Shown here: positions 27,767 to 36,678 of the stretch, piece by piece
Position numbering within the stretch: position 1 is the stretch's first letter
Layout of the letters: each line of letters starts with the position of its first letter
IMG/VR virus record: IMGVR_UViG_3300020191_000954
Length of the DNA: 59,854 nucleotides
Strand: one strand, 5' to 3'
Origin: an uncultured virus (IMG/VR IMGVR_UViG_3300020191_000954)
Lineage: Duplodnaviria; Heunggongvirae; Uroviricota; Caudoviricetes
Program-made: the position numbers and the translations under genes
Notes under the pieces: generated by a model
Told to the model about the DNA's origin: nothing
Seen by the model: the letters and a program-made list of their open reading frames with translations, nothing else
Database searches by the model: none

Positions 27767-28350
27767 TTGATTACCTCGTATAAGTATCTATCAAAGTTTT
27801 TAATTGTATACACACTAACTGGTTTTGCTTTAAATTCAAAATCGCTATCAAATGGAAGTATTACATATTTTACGTCTGATAAATCAGCAAAACTAAAACT
27901 TAATGTTTTTAGTAATATATTTGGATCGTCTTTTTCAGTAACACTAAACGATATAGTATTTTTAAAATTAACTTTTTGTGCTAAAATATTTGCTTTTAGA
28001 TCTCCGCCAATAGTAATCTTCCAACATGTGTCTTTGATATTTTGTAATACATGAATGTCTGGCTCATTAACTGATGTCATTGGTAATTCGTATATTAAAT
28101 CATTTACTAGATAACTATCAATGCTAGTATTTGAACGCTGTCTAAGTTCATATTGTTTAGTATGTTTGATGTAATGTACATAATAATAACTTAGCGGTTC
28201 TTGTCCCGAAATTAATCCTTTAACTTCGTGTTCCTCTACAGGAATATAATTACCATCTGGTTTATAATTAGGTACTGCTAACACATCACCGTTATTAGGA
28301 TCAAATACTACATATCTTTCTTGTTTAGGCAACTCCGCAGTTAATATCAT
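27763..28350 (-). CDS. Hypothetical protein
   Basis: 195-aa ORF coupled by overlaps to both neighbours, with no recognisable motif. Confidence 0.6.
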   Translation of the reverse strand: MILTAELPKQERYVVFDPNNGDVLAVPNYKPDGNYIPVEEHEVKGLISGQEPLSYYYVHYIKHTKQYELRQRSNTSIDSYLVNDLIYELPMTSVNEPDIHVLQNIKDTCWKITIGGDLKANILAQKVNFKNTISFSVTEKDDPNILLKTLSFSFADLSDVKYVILPFDSDFEFKAKPVSVYTIKNFDRYLYEVIK

Positions 28351-29180
28351 ACGTTAAGATACCTTTCGTATTTTTGTATTTTAGACTGATCTAAAAATTC
28401 TTTTTCAGTATAATGAAAAATACCTTGCTGTTGATGATTGCCTATTTTTAATTGTAGGTCATCAGTTAGATATGCACCCACTCTACTACGCCATGTTTCA
28501 CTAGGATTATACCATCCTTGTATTCTAGGCTTCATATGTGTAAAACTAGGAAATGACACTTTCTTATTTGTAATTCTGTCTTCACAATCAAGTATCTTTG
28601 TAACGATTGCTGTGCTTGTGTCAACGCTTAACCAATTTTGATATTCTTTACTTGCATATTTTCCATAAAATAATTGCCAGTTGTTCATTACTAATTCTAA
28701 CATTGTATAAAATTCTTTTGCAAAGTCACATTTTTTAAAATAATGAAAGCCTGCATAAACGTTTGGTAAGTTATTTGCAATATATGTTTTACGATAGTAA
28801 GTGTCGTTAACTTCGTCACCTCTATATGTGTATACTTTGCTAGTATAAAACACTTCATAGTTGCTTAAAAAGTTCCACCATGAATCTAAATTTTGTAATA
28901 CAAGCATATCAGTATCCATTACAATAGTTTCATCATACGGACTAGCATGATATAACTTCCAACGATTAGCTACTTTCCATTCCATATTAGCGGAATCGTC
29001 TTCCCACGGTATTTCTTTAATAACATCAAACAGATCTACATACCTAGATGGTACTGTATCGTTGGTTAACAAACAAACTTTAGTGTCATTAGTAGCTCTA
29101 ATACTCATAGCTAACGCACACGCTTGTTCTACGTAGTTATATTCGCTGTTTTGTGCTATTAAGACTATACCTTTAGTCAT
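28347..29180 (-). CDS. GT-A glycosyltransferase (GT8-like)
   Basis: 'ACALAMSIR', 'LYHASPYDETIVMDTDML' (DxD), 'NVYAGFHYFKK'. Confidence 0.72.
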   Translation of the reverse strand: MTKGIVLIAQNSEYNYVEQACALAMSIRATNDTKVCLLTNDTVPSRYVDLFDVIKEIPWEDDSANMEWKVANRWKLYHASPYDETIVMDTDMLVLQNLDSWWNFLSNYEVFYTSKVYTYRGDEVNDTYYRKTYIANNLPNVYAGFHYFKKCDFAKEFYTMLELVMNNWQLFYGKYASKEYQNWLSVDTSTAIVTKILDCEDRITNKKVSFPSFTHMKPRIQGWYNPSETWRSRVGAYLTDDLQLKIGNHQQQGIFHYTEKEFLDQSKIQKYERYLNV

Positions 29181-30021
29181 TGTCTATGATCCTATTCAAA
29201 CTAAACTTGTTCATAACGTGAACACTACTACCTTTAATACGCAAAGGTGTGTATTCTCCAAGGTGTCCTTCTTTTTCTACTAAAAATAAAAAGTTGTCAT
29301 CTTTTAATTCCCACAAAATATCTCTATCTGCTGTATAATATTTTTTACCCGGTAATGAACTTGCAAAATCTCCTGCTTGATAACCATTCATAATATGTAT
29401 TGCAATACTAAACACCCAATCATTACGAAACGTTGGTTTGTTAATTTGAAATATACTGTTATAGTGTTGCCAGTTATCTTGTATATGTTGTGTTAAATTA
29501 AAAAATGTTTCTACTTCTTTGCTTTTTTTAAAATATACAACTGTCGCCCAATAAAAATCAATACTAGTTTCACTAATTTTTTGAAACTCGGTAGTATCTC
29601 TAAATCCTGTTAGGTCTTTTGCATCTTTATATATTAAGAAATTGTGTTCTTGTGTAAAACAATGTTTGAGTACATCATTTGCAATTATATAATCACTGTC
29701 TAACATTATTGTTTCGTCATACGGTGTTAGTTTATAGGCTTGTGTACGCAAGTCATTTTTAAATGATAGTTGTTTGTATACCCCCGAGCCGTCATAGTAA
29801 CGTTTTTCGCTGGCGCCGCGAGCATATGGAACTTCGATTACATTATCAAATACTGTATCATAATCGACATAGGTATCTTTTAAGTATTCAACACTATCTG
29901 TTACAACAGTTGTTGGTAAATTAAGATATTTGCTTATACGCTTTGCTAGATAATATGCTTGTTTAAGATAATCAACTTGTTCGTTATTTCTAGCAAATAT
30001 TAATGCACCTTTATTCTTCAT
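29173..30021 (-). CDS. GT-A glycosyltransferase (GT8-like, paralog of 28347..29180)
   Basis: 'AYKLTPYDETIMLDSDY' (DxD), 'YWATVVYFKK', 'FRNDWVFSIA'. Confidence 0.72.
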   Translation of the reverse strand: MKNKGALIFARNNEQVDYLKQAYYLAKRISKYLNLPTTVVTDSVEYLKDTYVDYDTVFDNVIEVPYARGASEKRYYDGSGVYKQLSFKNDLRTQAYKLTPYDETIMLDSDYIIANDVLKHCFTQEHNFLIYKDAKDLTGFRDTTEFQKISETSIDFYWATVVYFKKSKEVETFFNLTQHIQDNWQHYNSIFQINKPTFRNDWVFSIAIHIMNGYQAGDFASSLPGKKYYTADRDILWELKDDNFLFLVEKEGHLGEYTPLRIKGSSVHVMNKFSLNRIIDND

Positions 30022-30364
30022 ATTCTACAAGCCCAGAGACCTTTCGAAGGCTCCGTATCTTTTCGTATTCTGTTAGGTACTCGTTTGATGCTGTAAAGTA
30101 GATATTTAAAATGTCACCTAAGAATGTTTCAACATCTGCAACTTTAATAGGAATATCATTGTCGTCAATTAGTACTACAGACTCTTGTCCTGTGTTTACT
30201 AACATACTACAAAAATTCATTAGGTCTTTGTTTACGGAGAATTGTCCACCATTGTGGTAGTGTATTGCACTTTCATAAAACTTCTCTTTTAACACCCGTT
30301 TTTGGTTGTTAAGAGTAGTCATATAATTGGCAAAATCTAATGCTTTTTCAAGACGTTCATCCAC
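30011..30364 (-). CDS. Hypothetical protein (first gene of the enzyme island; possibly tail-fibre assembly related)
   Basis: 117 aa, GTG start with strong AAGGAG SD, directly after the fibre genes. Confidence 0.6.
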   Translation of the reverse strand: MDERLEKALDFANYMTTLNNQKRVLKEKFYESAIHYHNGGQFSVNKDLMNFCSMLVNTGQESVVLIDDNDIPIKVADVETFLGDILNIYFTASNEYLTEYEKIRSLRKVSGLVEYEE

Positions 30365-30369
30365 AGTAA

Positions 30370-30405
30370 TTCTCCTTTAGTGTATTATACACTATTTAAA
30401 GAGAA
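30370..30405 (-). promoter_or_regulatory. Late promoter core (TAAATA, 30393-30398) embedded in an RNA hairpin that sequesters the SD
   Basis: Minus-strand RNA UCUCUUU-AAA-UAGUGUA-UAA-UACACUA-AAGGAGA forms two 7-bp stems with an AAA bulge, pairing the SD AAGGAG. Confidence 0.62.
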
Positions 30406-30415
30406 AGAGCAATGA

Positions 30416-31309
30416 TTAATTTAGATTTGAACTGCCGTTTGTGCTATATGTAGGGGATACCAATGAAACTGCTGAACCAGTTGGTCTTAATTGTGTAATA
30501 GTACTGTTTACAACACCCAAAACGTTTTCGTCTGTGTTTGGGTTACCTGTGTTATCATCGTTAAATGTAACTCTAAAACGTAAAACTGTATCACTTACTT
30601 TGGTTGCTTCAATTTTATAATCGTTTGCGGCATATAATCCAGAACCATCTTTTTGGAAAATTTGTTGGTAACTAGCATCTAAATCATGATAACCAATTGC
30701 ACTACCATTTCCTGATCCAGTTGCTGTTGTTGATGTATAATTCATGCTAACTGTACCCATGTTAACTAACATCGTCATCCAGTCAATTGTTTTACTACTT
30801 GCTCCAACATATGTAATGTTTGCCGCAAAACGTATTGTTCCGCCTGCATTAAAAAAATGTCTTTGATGATTTCCATCAATAAATGTTACGTCAATAATGT
30901 GTGAAATTGTTCCGTTCCACTGAGTAGTTCTAGTACCTGCAATAGCCGCTTCCGCAGTAGTTTGACTAGGGTGTGCTACAAATTTATCATTTTCAAGTGT
31001 TGTAGCAAGATTTTCAAATTGTACTACACCTTTTTTATTAATTGTATCACTGTCTAATACTAAATCAACATTCTGTGTTACAAGATTAATTTCTGTTGGA
31101 GTAGTACCTGTTTGATGAATACGCCCAGCCGCCATATCTTGGTAAAGTTGATTAATATCAATTGCTTGAACATTGGCTCCTACTGCTACTTGAGAACTGT
31201 TTAAGTTTTGTCCGTATCCGTCATCTCCTGACCCTACGCCCATTACTGTTGCAACTCTTGATTGTAAGTTATTGTACCTTGCCGCTGTAATAATATCGCC
31301 GACTGCCAT
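30416..31309 (-). CDS. Virion structural protein (tail/baseplate-associated)
   Basis: Gly/Thr/Asn-rich, 'GDIITAARYNNL', 'RHFFNAGGTIRF', located in the fibre gene block. Confidence 0.5.
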   Translation of the reverse strand: MAVGDIITAARYNNLQSRVATVMGVGSGDDGYGQNLNSSQVAVGANVQAIDINQLYQDMAAGRIHQTGTTPTEINLVTQNVDLVLDSDTINKKGVVQFENLATTLENDKFVAHPSQTTAEAAIAGTRTTQWNGTISHIIDVTFIDGNHQRHFFNAGGTIRFAANITYVGASSKTIDWMTMLVNMGTVSMNYTSTTATGSGNGSAIGYHDLDASYQQIFQKDGSGLYAANDYKIEATKVSDTVLRFRVTFNDDNTGNPNTDENVLGVVNSTITQLRPTGSAVSLVSPTYSTNGSSNLN

Positions 31310-31313
31310 AATC

Positions 31314-32804
31314 TTATACCTTTAAAATAGCTTCTACTAAGCCTTCTTCATCTGCTTCTGGTTCCCATGTCTCTAACGCAATACCTACTAATTGATGCCC
31401 TTCGGCTCTAATAGTATGTCCAACGCCGTCCATGTCTGCATAAATTGCTTCACCTTTATTAATGATGCCTTTTACTCTTACTGGAACACGCCCTTTAAGT
31501 GCAACTGCTTGGCCTTCTGCTTCGCTGTTCATTAAGAATGCTGGTTTAGCACTAATTACACCTACTGGAATTTCAGTTGGCTCAATAGCTCTTACTTCTG
31601 CATCTGTTTCTTCGTCAAATTTTGGAACAGTAACAATAGTCCCTGTTGGTAGTTCTTCTGCTGTTTTGTAAATCTCAGCCAAGTCAGCATATTCTGCTGA
31701 TGTTGCTGTACCTGTAAATTTATTTGCTACTAAATTACCACTTGCATCTCTAACTGCTACTGTATTGTTAGTTGCCGCTGTATCTGCACTACGGTAGTTT
31801 GCACCAACCTGCATTTTTTGTGCATTTTCTGCTAACCCATAAAAATTAGTGGCATGCATTTCGCTAAACACAGCACCTGTTGCTCCAATTGAGTATGTGT
31901 TAGTAGACCCTGGCATAATACCTGTATCTTGTACAGTCGCTACATGCTGTTCAACTCCACCTGTGTTATCAACTTTAAGTTTAATTTTTGTTCCAACGTC
32001 ATTTTTAATAACGCCTTCGTTGTCATTTTCAATAAAGATTTTTAAATCACTTGAGTTACCAATTGAAATACCTGCATCTGCAAAACTAACAAGTGATGTA
32101 AATGATCCTGAACCTGCTAATGCAAAGTCAGTAGCACTATAGCCACCTAGTTTTAATGAGTTACTTGCTGTACCCCAGTAATAATCCTGTGTACTTGTAA
32201 CACCGCCTGTTGCGTTTGTTGTATTTCTTAGTGTTAAACCCTTTTTAACAACATCAAATCCTGTAATAGCATTAAGTGGATCTGTACTGTCAATAGTAAA
32301 TGTTGCACCTGAAATAATATAAATTGTTTCATCGTTAACAACAGCCTTAATAACTAATCTGTTTACGTTAGTTGTATCTCTAACGTTTGCTGAAACCATC
32401 TGTGTAACAGTTGTACCTGCACCTTGTGGTCCTACTAGTACATACCCTGTACCGCTATATGCATATAATTGTTCGTTTGTTGAATCCCACCATAAGTCGC
32501 CAGTAGCTAAACCAGCTGGTGCAGTTGCGGCTACTTCAGCACCGCCTGTAGTTCTAAACTTAGATCCATCATAAAATTTTAGTTTATTAGCACCTGAGTC
32601 ATACCAAACCTGTCCTGAAATGGCCTTTGGAGGTTGGTTAGCACCACTAAAGTTTTCTAATAAGTGTAAAAAGTTTTCGTTTTGAATCTCACCGTAACCG
32701 GCGTAATTTTTTCCAACTAGTTTAATATCACTAGTTTGATCTACGGTTCCATCTTCAACAACTGTTAAAGTAGTTCCATTATATCTATCAATAGTATATG
32801 CCAT
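31314..32804 (-). CDS. Tail fibre protein with probable C-terminal intramolecular chaperone (peptidase G2-like) domain
   Basis: Shared N-terminal 'GKNYAGYGEIQNENFLHLLENF...GQVWYD' module. C-terminal 'YADLAEIY...GVISAKPAFLMN...VALKGRVPVRVKG...GIALE'. Confidence 0.62.
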   Translation of the reverse strand: MAYTIDRYNGTTLTVVEDGTVDQTSDIKLVGKNYAGYGEIQNENFLHLLENFSGANQPPKAISGQVWYDSGANKLKFYDGSKFRTTGGAEVAATAPAGLATGDLWWDSTNEQLYAYSGTGYVLVGPQGAGTTVTQMVSANVRDTTNVNRLVIKAVVNDETIYIISGATFTIDSTDPLNAITGFDVVKKGLTLRNTTNATGGVTSTQDYYWGTASNSLKLGGYSATDFALAGSGSFTSLVSFADAGISIGNSSDLKIFIENDNEGVIKNDVGTKIKLKVDNTGGVEQHVATVQDTGIMPGSTNTYSIGATGAVFSEMHATNFYGLAENAQKMQVGANYRSADTAATNNTVAVRDASGNLVANKFTGTATSAEYADLAEIYKTAEELPTGTIVTVPKFDEETDAEVRAIEPTEIPVGVISAKPAFLMNSEAEGQAVALKGRVPVRVKGIINKGEAIYADMDGVGHTIRAEGHQLVGIALETWEPEADEEGLVEAILKV

Positions 32805-32823
32805 TTCTTTTCCTCTATGTTAC

Positions 32824-32830
32824 TATTTAT
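32824..32830 (-). promoter_or_regulatory. Putative late promoter core (ATAAATA)
   Basis: Minus strand GATAAATAGTAACATAGAGGAAAAGAAATG upstream of 32804. Confidence 0.55.
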
Positions 32831-32833
32831 CTC

Positions 32834-34645
32834 TTACCACAAGCCGCCGCTCGAACCAAGATCGTTATCAAATACCCATGCGCCTGAAGCAACTCTAAAG
32901 CGTTTTAAACCACGTGTAATAGTAACATTAACACCGCCTGAAGCTGATGCAAACGCAACGTCTTGTACTACACTTTGATTTAACACACCGTTAGCATCTA
33001 CTGCAACGTATGAGATGTTTTTAGCCGCATCTACATCAATACCTGTAACTGTTGCTCCTGCAATAGTTGATGTAGATATGTATGCATATGTTCCGGTTTT
33101 CTTATTACTTGCTGGATAAATGTCTTCGATGATTGTTCCAATATCTGCATTAGATAACCCAGTAATATCCAAACTCATTACAACCGGTTCTAAGTTAATT
33201 TGATCATCAACATAAAACTTAGTAGCGGCGTCTGTATTAGTTGTTGGTTCCGCTAGTCCTGTAATTCTTTGGTTATTAGTAATTTCTATAGCCCCATTAC
33301 TTTCTAATTGTAATGGAGTACTAGTTGTAATTTTTGCACCTTCAATATTAGTTTGATCAACATTAAGCTGATTCAATGTACCAATGTCTGTAAGTCCAAG
33401 TGCTTGTGTTACTGTTGACCCTAATTCTGTTTTGTTTAATACGTTAACACCTTCAGCTTTGTACCACTTAGTTGCAACAACATCAATGTTTTCACTTGAT
33501 GTCCAAGCACCTGTAGCATTTCTCCAAAGCCATTCTTTATCAAGGTCGCTGGATTTAAGAATAATTCCACCTTGGTCTACGTTTGCATTGTCTAATGCTG
33601 TACTATCACTGGTAATACCTAATTCAATATTTTTATCTTGAACTCTTAAATTTTGTGTTTCAATATTAACAGCTGGTGATGTTAAAAATAAGTTACCATC
33701 AACTCTCATATCTCCGCCAACATGTAATGTATGTGCCGGATTGGATTTAAAGATACCTACAAAAGATTCTGATGTGTCAATTGTTACTGCATCTACAAAG
33801 CCTGTTGATTTTCTAACTCTAATTTTGTAATCATGGTTTGATAATTGATTTTCGTTAACAACACTAGTTCCAACTACCTTTTGAATATTATTTTGTGCAG
33901 TACCAATTGTGATTCCGCCACTGTTAGCAACTGTTAATGTTCCAGATGTAACAGAGTTTGCATCTGATGATAAAAACTGTGATGCACTTTTTGCTACGCC
34001 AAGATTGTCAATAATTGCCGCCGCACTATCTGATGATCCTCTAAATACAAAATCAGTAACTGTTGAAACAATATTAAAGCCTTTCTTAATAGTAGTTAAT
34101 CCTGCAATAGCATATGATGCCGCTGGTGTAAATTCGTTGTTTGAAAATATTCCAATTAACGTTCCTGCTATTGAAAATCTTACAACAGTTTTACTATTAT
34201 TTTGATTATCTAATATTGTTACAGTTTCAAATCCAGACTTACCTTGGTCGCTAGTATATATTGGACCTGCTAAATTAAAATCTGTACCGTCATAAAAGTG
34301 TAATTGTTTTGTTGCATTGTTAATCCAAAGATCGCCTGCAACTACGCCAACACCTGGTTGTGAATTTTGTACAATCGGGCCACCACTAGTTCTAAAGTTT
34401 GTTCCGTCATATACTTTAAGTCTTGCTTCTGCACTATCAAACCATAGTTGGCCTTTTAATGGTAAACTTGGTGCTGTTGTATTTGCAAAATTTTCTAAAA
34501 TCTTAATAAAGTTTTCGTTGATACTTTCACCAAATCCTGAATAGTTTTTACCTATTAAAGAAATATCAGTGGTTGTAGTATCTAAACTGCCATCAACTAA
34601 ATCAACTAGCAACGAGCCATCTGTTCTATTTAATTTATAACTCAT
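32834..34645 (-). CDS. Tail fibre-like protein
   Basis: Same N-terminal module ('GKNYSGFGESINENFIKILENF...GQLWFD'), plus fibre motifs 'LHVGGDMRVDG' and 'ITGLAEPTTNTDAATKFYVD'. Confidence 0.65.
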   Translation of the reverse strand: MSYKLNRTDGSLLVDLVDGSLDTTTTDISLIGKNYSGFGESINENFIKILENFANTTAPSLPLKGQLWFDSAEARLKVYDGTNFRTSGGPIVQNSQPGVGVVAGDLWINNATKQLHFYDGTDFNLAGPIYTSDQGKSGFETVTILDNQNNSKTVVRFSIAGTLIGIFSNNEFTPAASYAIAGLTTIKKGFNIVSTVTDFVFRGSSDSAAAIIDNLGVAKSASQFLSSDANSVTSGTLTVANSGGITIGTAQNNIQKVVGTSVVNENQLSNHDYKIRVRKSTGFVDAVTIDTSESFVGIFKSNPAHTLHVGGDMRVDGNLFLTSPAVNIETQNLRVQDKNIELGITSDSTALDNANVDQGGIILKSSDLDKEWLWRNATGAWTSSENIDVVATKWYKAEGVNVLNKTELGSTVTQALGLTDIGTLNQLNVDQTNIEGAKITTSTPLQLESNGAIEITNNQRITGLAEPTTNTDAATKFYVDDQINLEPVVMSLDITGLSNADIGTIIEDIYPASNKKTGTYAYISTSTIAGATVTGIDVDAAKNISYVAVDANGVLNQSVVQDVAFASASGGVNVTITRGLKRFRVASGAWVFDNDLGSSGGLW

Positions 34646-36675
34646 TATACTGCTCCTGTATTAGCGCCGGCATATATGATCATGTTAATTGCCATGTATG
34701 GGTTCATAATATCAATTGGTTGTCCAATTGTGCTATTTGTTAGTACACCTCCTGATGACGGATATGCTTGTCCTGCTTGGGCACCAGTTGGAGCATCATA
34801 TTGGATGCCTTGTGCATCGTTTGGTACTCCGCTAATATCTCTAGTAGTGTAATACTGGTCTCCACTTGGGCCACGTAAATCATGTTCGTGTTCTGGTAAA
34901 TTAGTAAGTCCAATACTCTGTGTTTGAGAACCTTCAACGTTACCAATTGTATCTGCCGCAGAACTTGTTACACGGTTAGCACTTTCACCGCCCATGTTAT
35001 CTAAGCCTAGCATAAATCTACCACGCAAGTCTGGTAGGGCAAATTTACCTGCTGTTACAAGTGCTTGTGCTTTAAAGTTATATTCAATAACATTAAACAA
35101 ATTTTGATATTCAGCAATAGTAACTTCTCTACCGTCACATATTAACCAATCTGCTGGTATTACACCAGCCGCAAATGCAGTAATCATTCCAATTGGTAAT
35201 TGTGGAACTGATTTAAACAAATTAGTTCTTGAAATTTTAAATACGCCAGTGTCTCCTGTGACTCTGTTAAACATATATTCATCAGTTGGTTCACTTAAAG
35301 ACTGTTCTGTTTTATTTGCAATAAATGTATTATCAATAGTTGTTGTAAAAGTTTTAACGCTTTCGTCTTGACCATCGAATGTGTATTCAGGAGCACTAAC
35401 ATCTCCAACCATTCTAAATGTAGTTGCACTTGCTAGTTTATCAGTTGATCCTGATCTTCCACTAACTGATCCTGTAACGTTACCTGTTAAGTTACCTATA
35501 AAGTTTTGCGAAAATACATTTAAGAACTGTTCGTTAGCAGTACCAATATTTCTTGTTGTTGTAATGTTTGGAACAATATTACCTGTAGTTAAAAGTCCTG
35601 CAATGTTTGTATCACTGCCAACTTGTAATCTTTTAGCAATACCTACTCCACCTCTAACAATTAAACTACCTGTACCAATAGTTGCTGAATCAGTTGTTCC
35701 GTTAACTAATACACTACTGTCTGTTTGTATATTTCCAACTACGTCTAATGACTCAACTGGTGCTAAATTATTAATACCAATTTTGCTTGTTGAATCAACA
35801 CGTAAAACTGTAGTAGTTGTACCTTCGTTGTTAACTCTAATATCAATGTTTGATCCACTTGTTTGGTGACCAATAATACCTGCTTGTCCTTCAATACCAA
35901 TATTCAATGCACTATCTGCACCTACTGTGATACCTGAATTGTTTTTAATTTTTAATGGAACTATACTGTTAGTTTCTTTGTCAGCTCTTAAAAAGTTTGA
36001 AGCTGGAACATTTTCTTGTCCAATAACTAATGCTTCTGCTTTTTCTGCTGTACCTAAATATTTTGCAGTACCTGAACCAGTGATATCAAATGTACTTAAA
36101 TTGTATCCTGGTCTAATTGAAGTAAACCCTTGTAATGTTGTTTTAGGTGTAAATGCACTTGTCGAAATAATTGCTAATGTTTTTGCTTTTACTTCTACTA
36201 CTAATACTGTATATGTAACATTGTCAGTACCGATAATAGTTGTAGGTTTAACCCCTGTTGCTAATCCATCACTAAAACTTGGTCCAACTAAGATCCAACC
36301 TGAACCTGTAAACAAATATAATTGTTGGTTATCAGTATCAACCCATAAGTCTCCAACTACTGATTGATTTGCTTCTGGTTGTGTTGTTGCTTTTTTAAGA
36401 CCACTTGCACTAACCCAGTTAGTACCGTCATAAATTTTTAATTGATCAACACCTGGTGTTGTATCATACCATAATTGACCTTCAACTGGATTTGTTGGTG
36501 CTGTGTTGAATGCAAAATTTTCTAATAAATGTAAAAAGTTTTCAGCAATAGCTGTACCATACGCAGTTGTGTTTCTTCCTGGTAAGTCTAAAGAAGTTTG
36601 TTGGTTGATAGTATTATCTTCAACAATAATAGTACCCTTTTGGGATAAGTCAGTGTATTGTACAGTATATGCCAT
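34645..36675 (-). CDS. Tail fibre protein with phage tail-collar domain
   Basis: Same N-terminal module, collar signature 'PIGMITAFAAGVIPADWLICDG...YQNLFNVI...FALPDLRGRF' and tip 'NLPEHEH...MNPYMAINMII'. Confidence 0.8.
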   Translation of the reverse strand: MAYTVQYTDLSQKGTIIVEDNTINQQTSLDLPGRNTTAYGTAIAENFLHLLENFAFNTAPTNPVEGQLWYDTTPGVDQLKIYDGTNWVSASGLKKATTQPEANQSVVGDLWVDTDNQQLYLFTGSGWILVGPSFSDGLATGVKPTTIIGTDNVTYTVLVVEVKAKTLAIISTSAFTPKTTLQGFTSIRPGYNLSTFDITGSGTAKYLGTAEKAEALVIGQENVPASNFLRADKETNSIVPLKIKNNSGITVGADSALNIGIEGQAGIIGHQTSGSNIDIRVNNEGTTTTVLRVDSTSKIGINNLAPVESLDVVGNIQTDSSVLVNGTTDSATIGTGSLIVRGGVGIAKRLQVGSDTNIAGLLTTGNIVPNITTTRNIGTANEQFLNVFSQNFIGNLTGNVTGSVSGRSGSTDKLASATTFRMVGDVSAPEYTFDGQDESVKTFTTTIDNTFIANKTEQSLSEPTDEYMFNRVTGDTGVFKISRTNLFKSVPQLPIGMITAFAAGVIPADWLICDGREVTIAEYQNLFNVIEYNFKAQALVTAGKFALPDLRGRFMLGLDNMGGESANRVTSSAADTIGNVEGSQTQSIGLTNLPEHEHDLRGPSGDQYYTTRDISGVPNDAQGIQYDAPTGAQAGQAYPSSGGVLTNSTIGQPIDIMNPYMAINMIIYAGANTGAV

Positions 36676-36678
36676 TTA

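Noticed and set aside
1..30364. RiPP biosynthetic cluster interpretation (radical SAM/SPASM plus precursor peptide)
   Set aside because: Genes abut or overlap, leaving no room for a short precursor ORF, and no RRE/PqqD, peptidase or exporter is visible. It cannot be excluded outside the window.
1..30364. DNA hypermodification cluster interpretation
   Set aside because: No thymidylate-synthase-like, dNMP kinase, DpdA/Que or TET/JBP-type genes were recognised, and the linkage is to tail genes with late promoters rather than replication genes. Disfavoured but not disproved.
1..30364. Bacterial capsule/LPS locus next to a prophage (host-phage junction)
   Set aside because: No integrase, att site, wzx/wzy or housekeeping genes are present. 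The same promoter motif, gene packing and composition continue across both halves.
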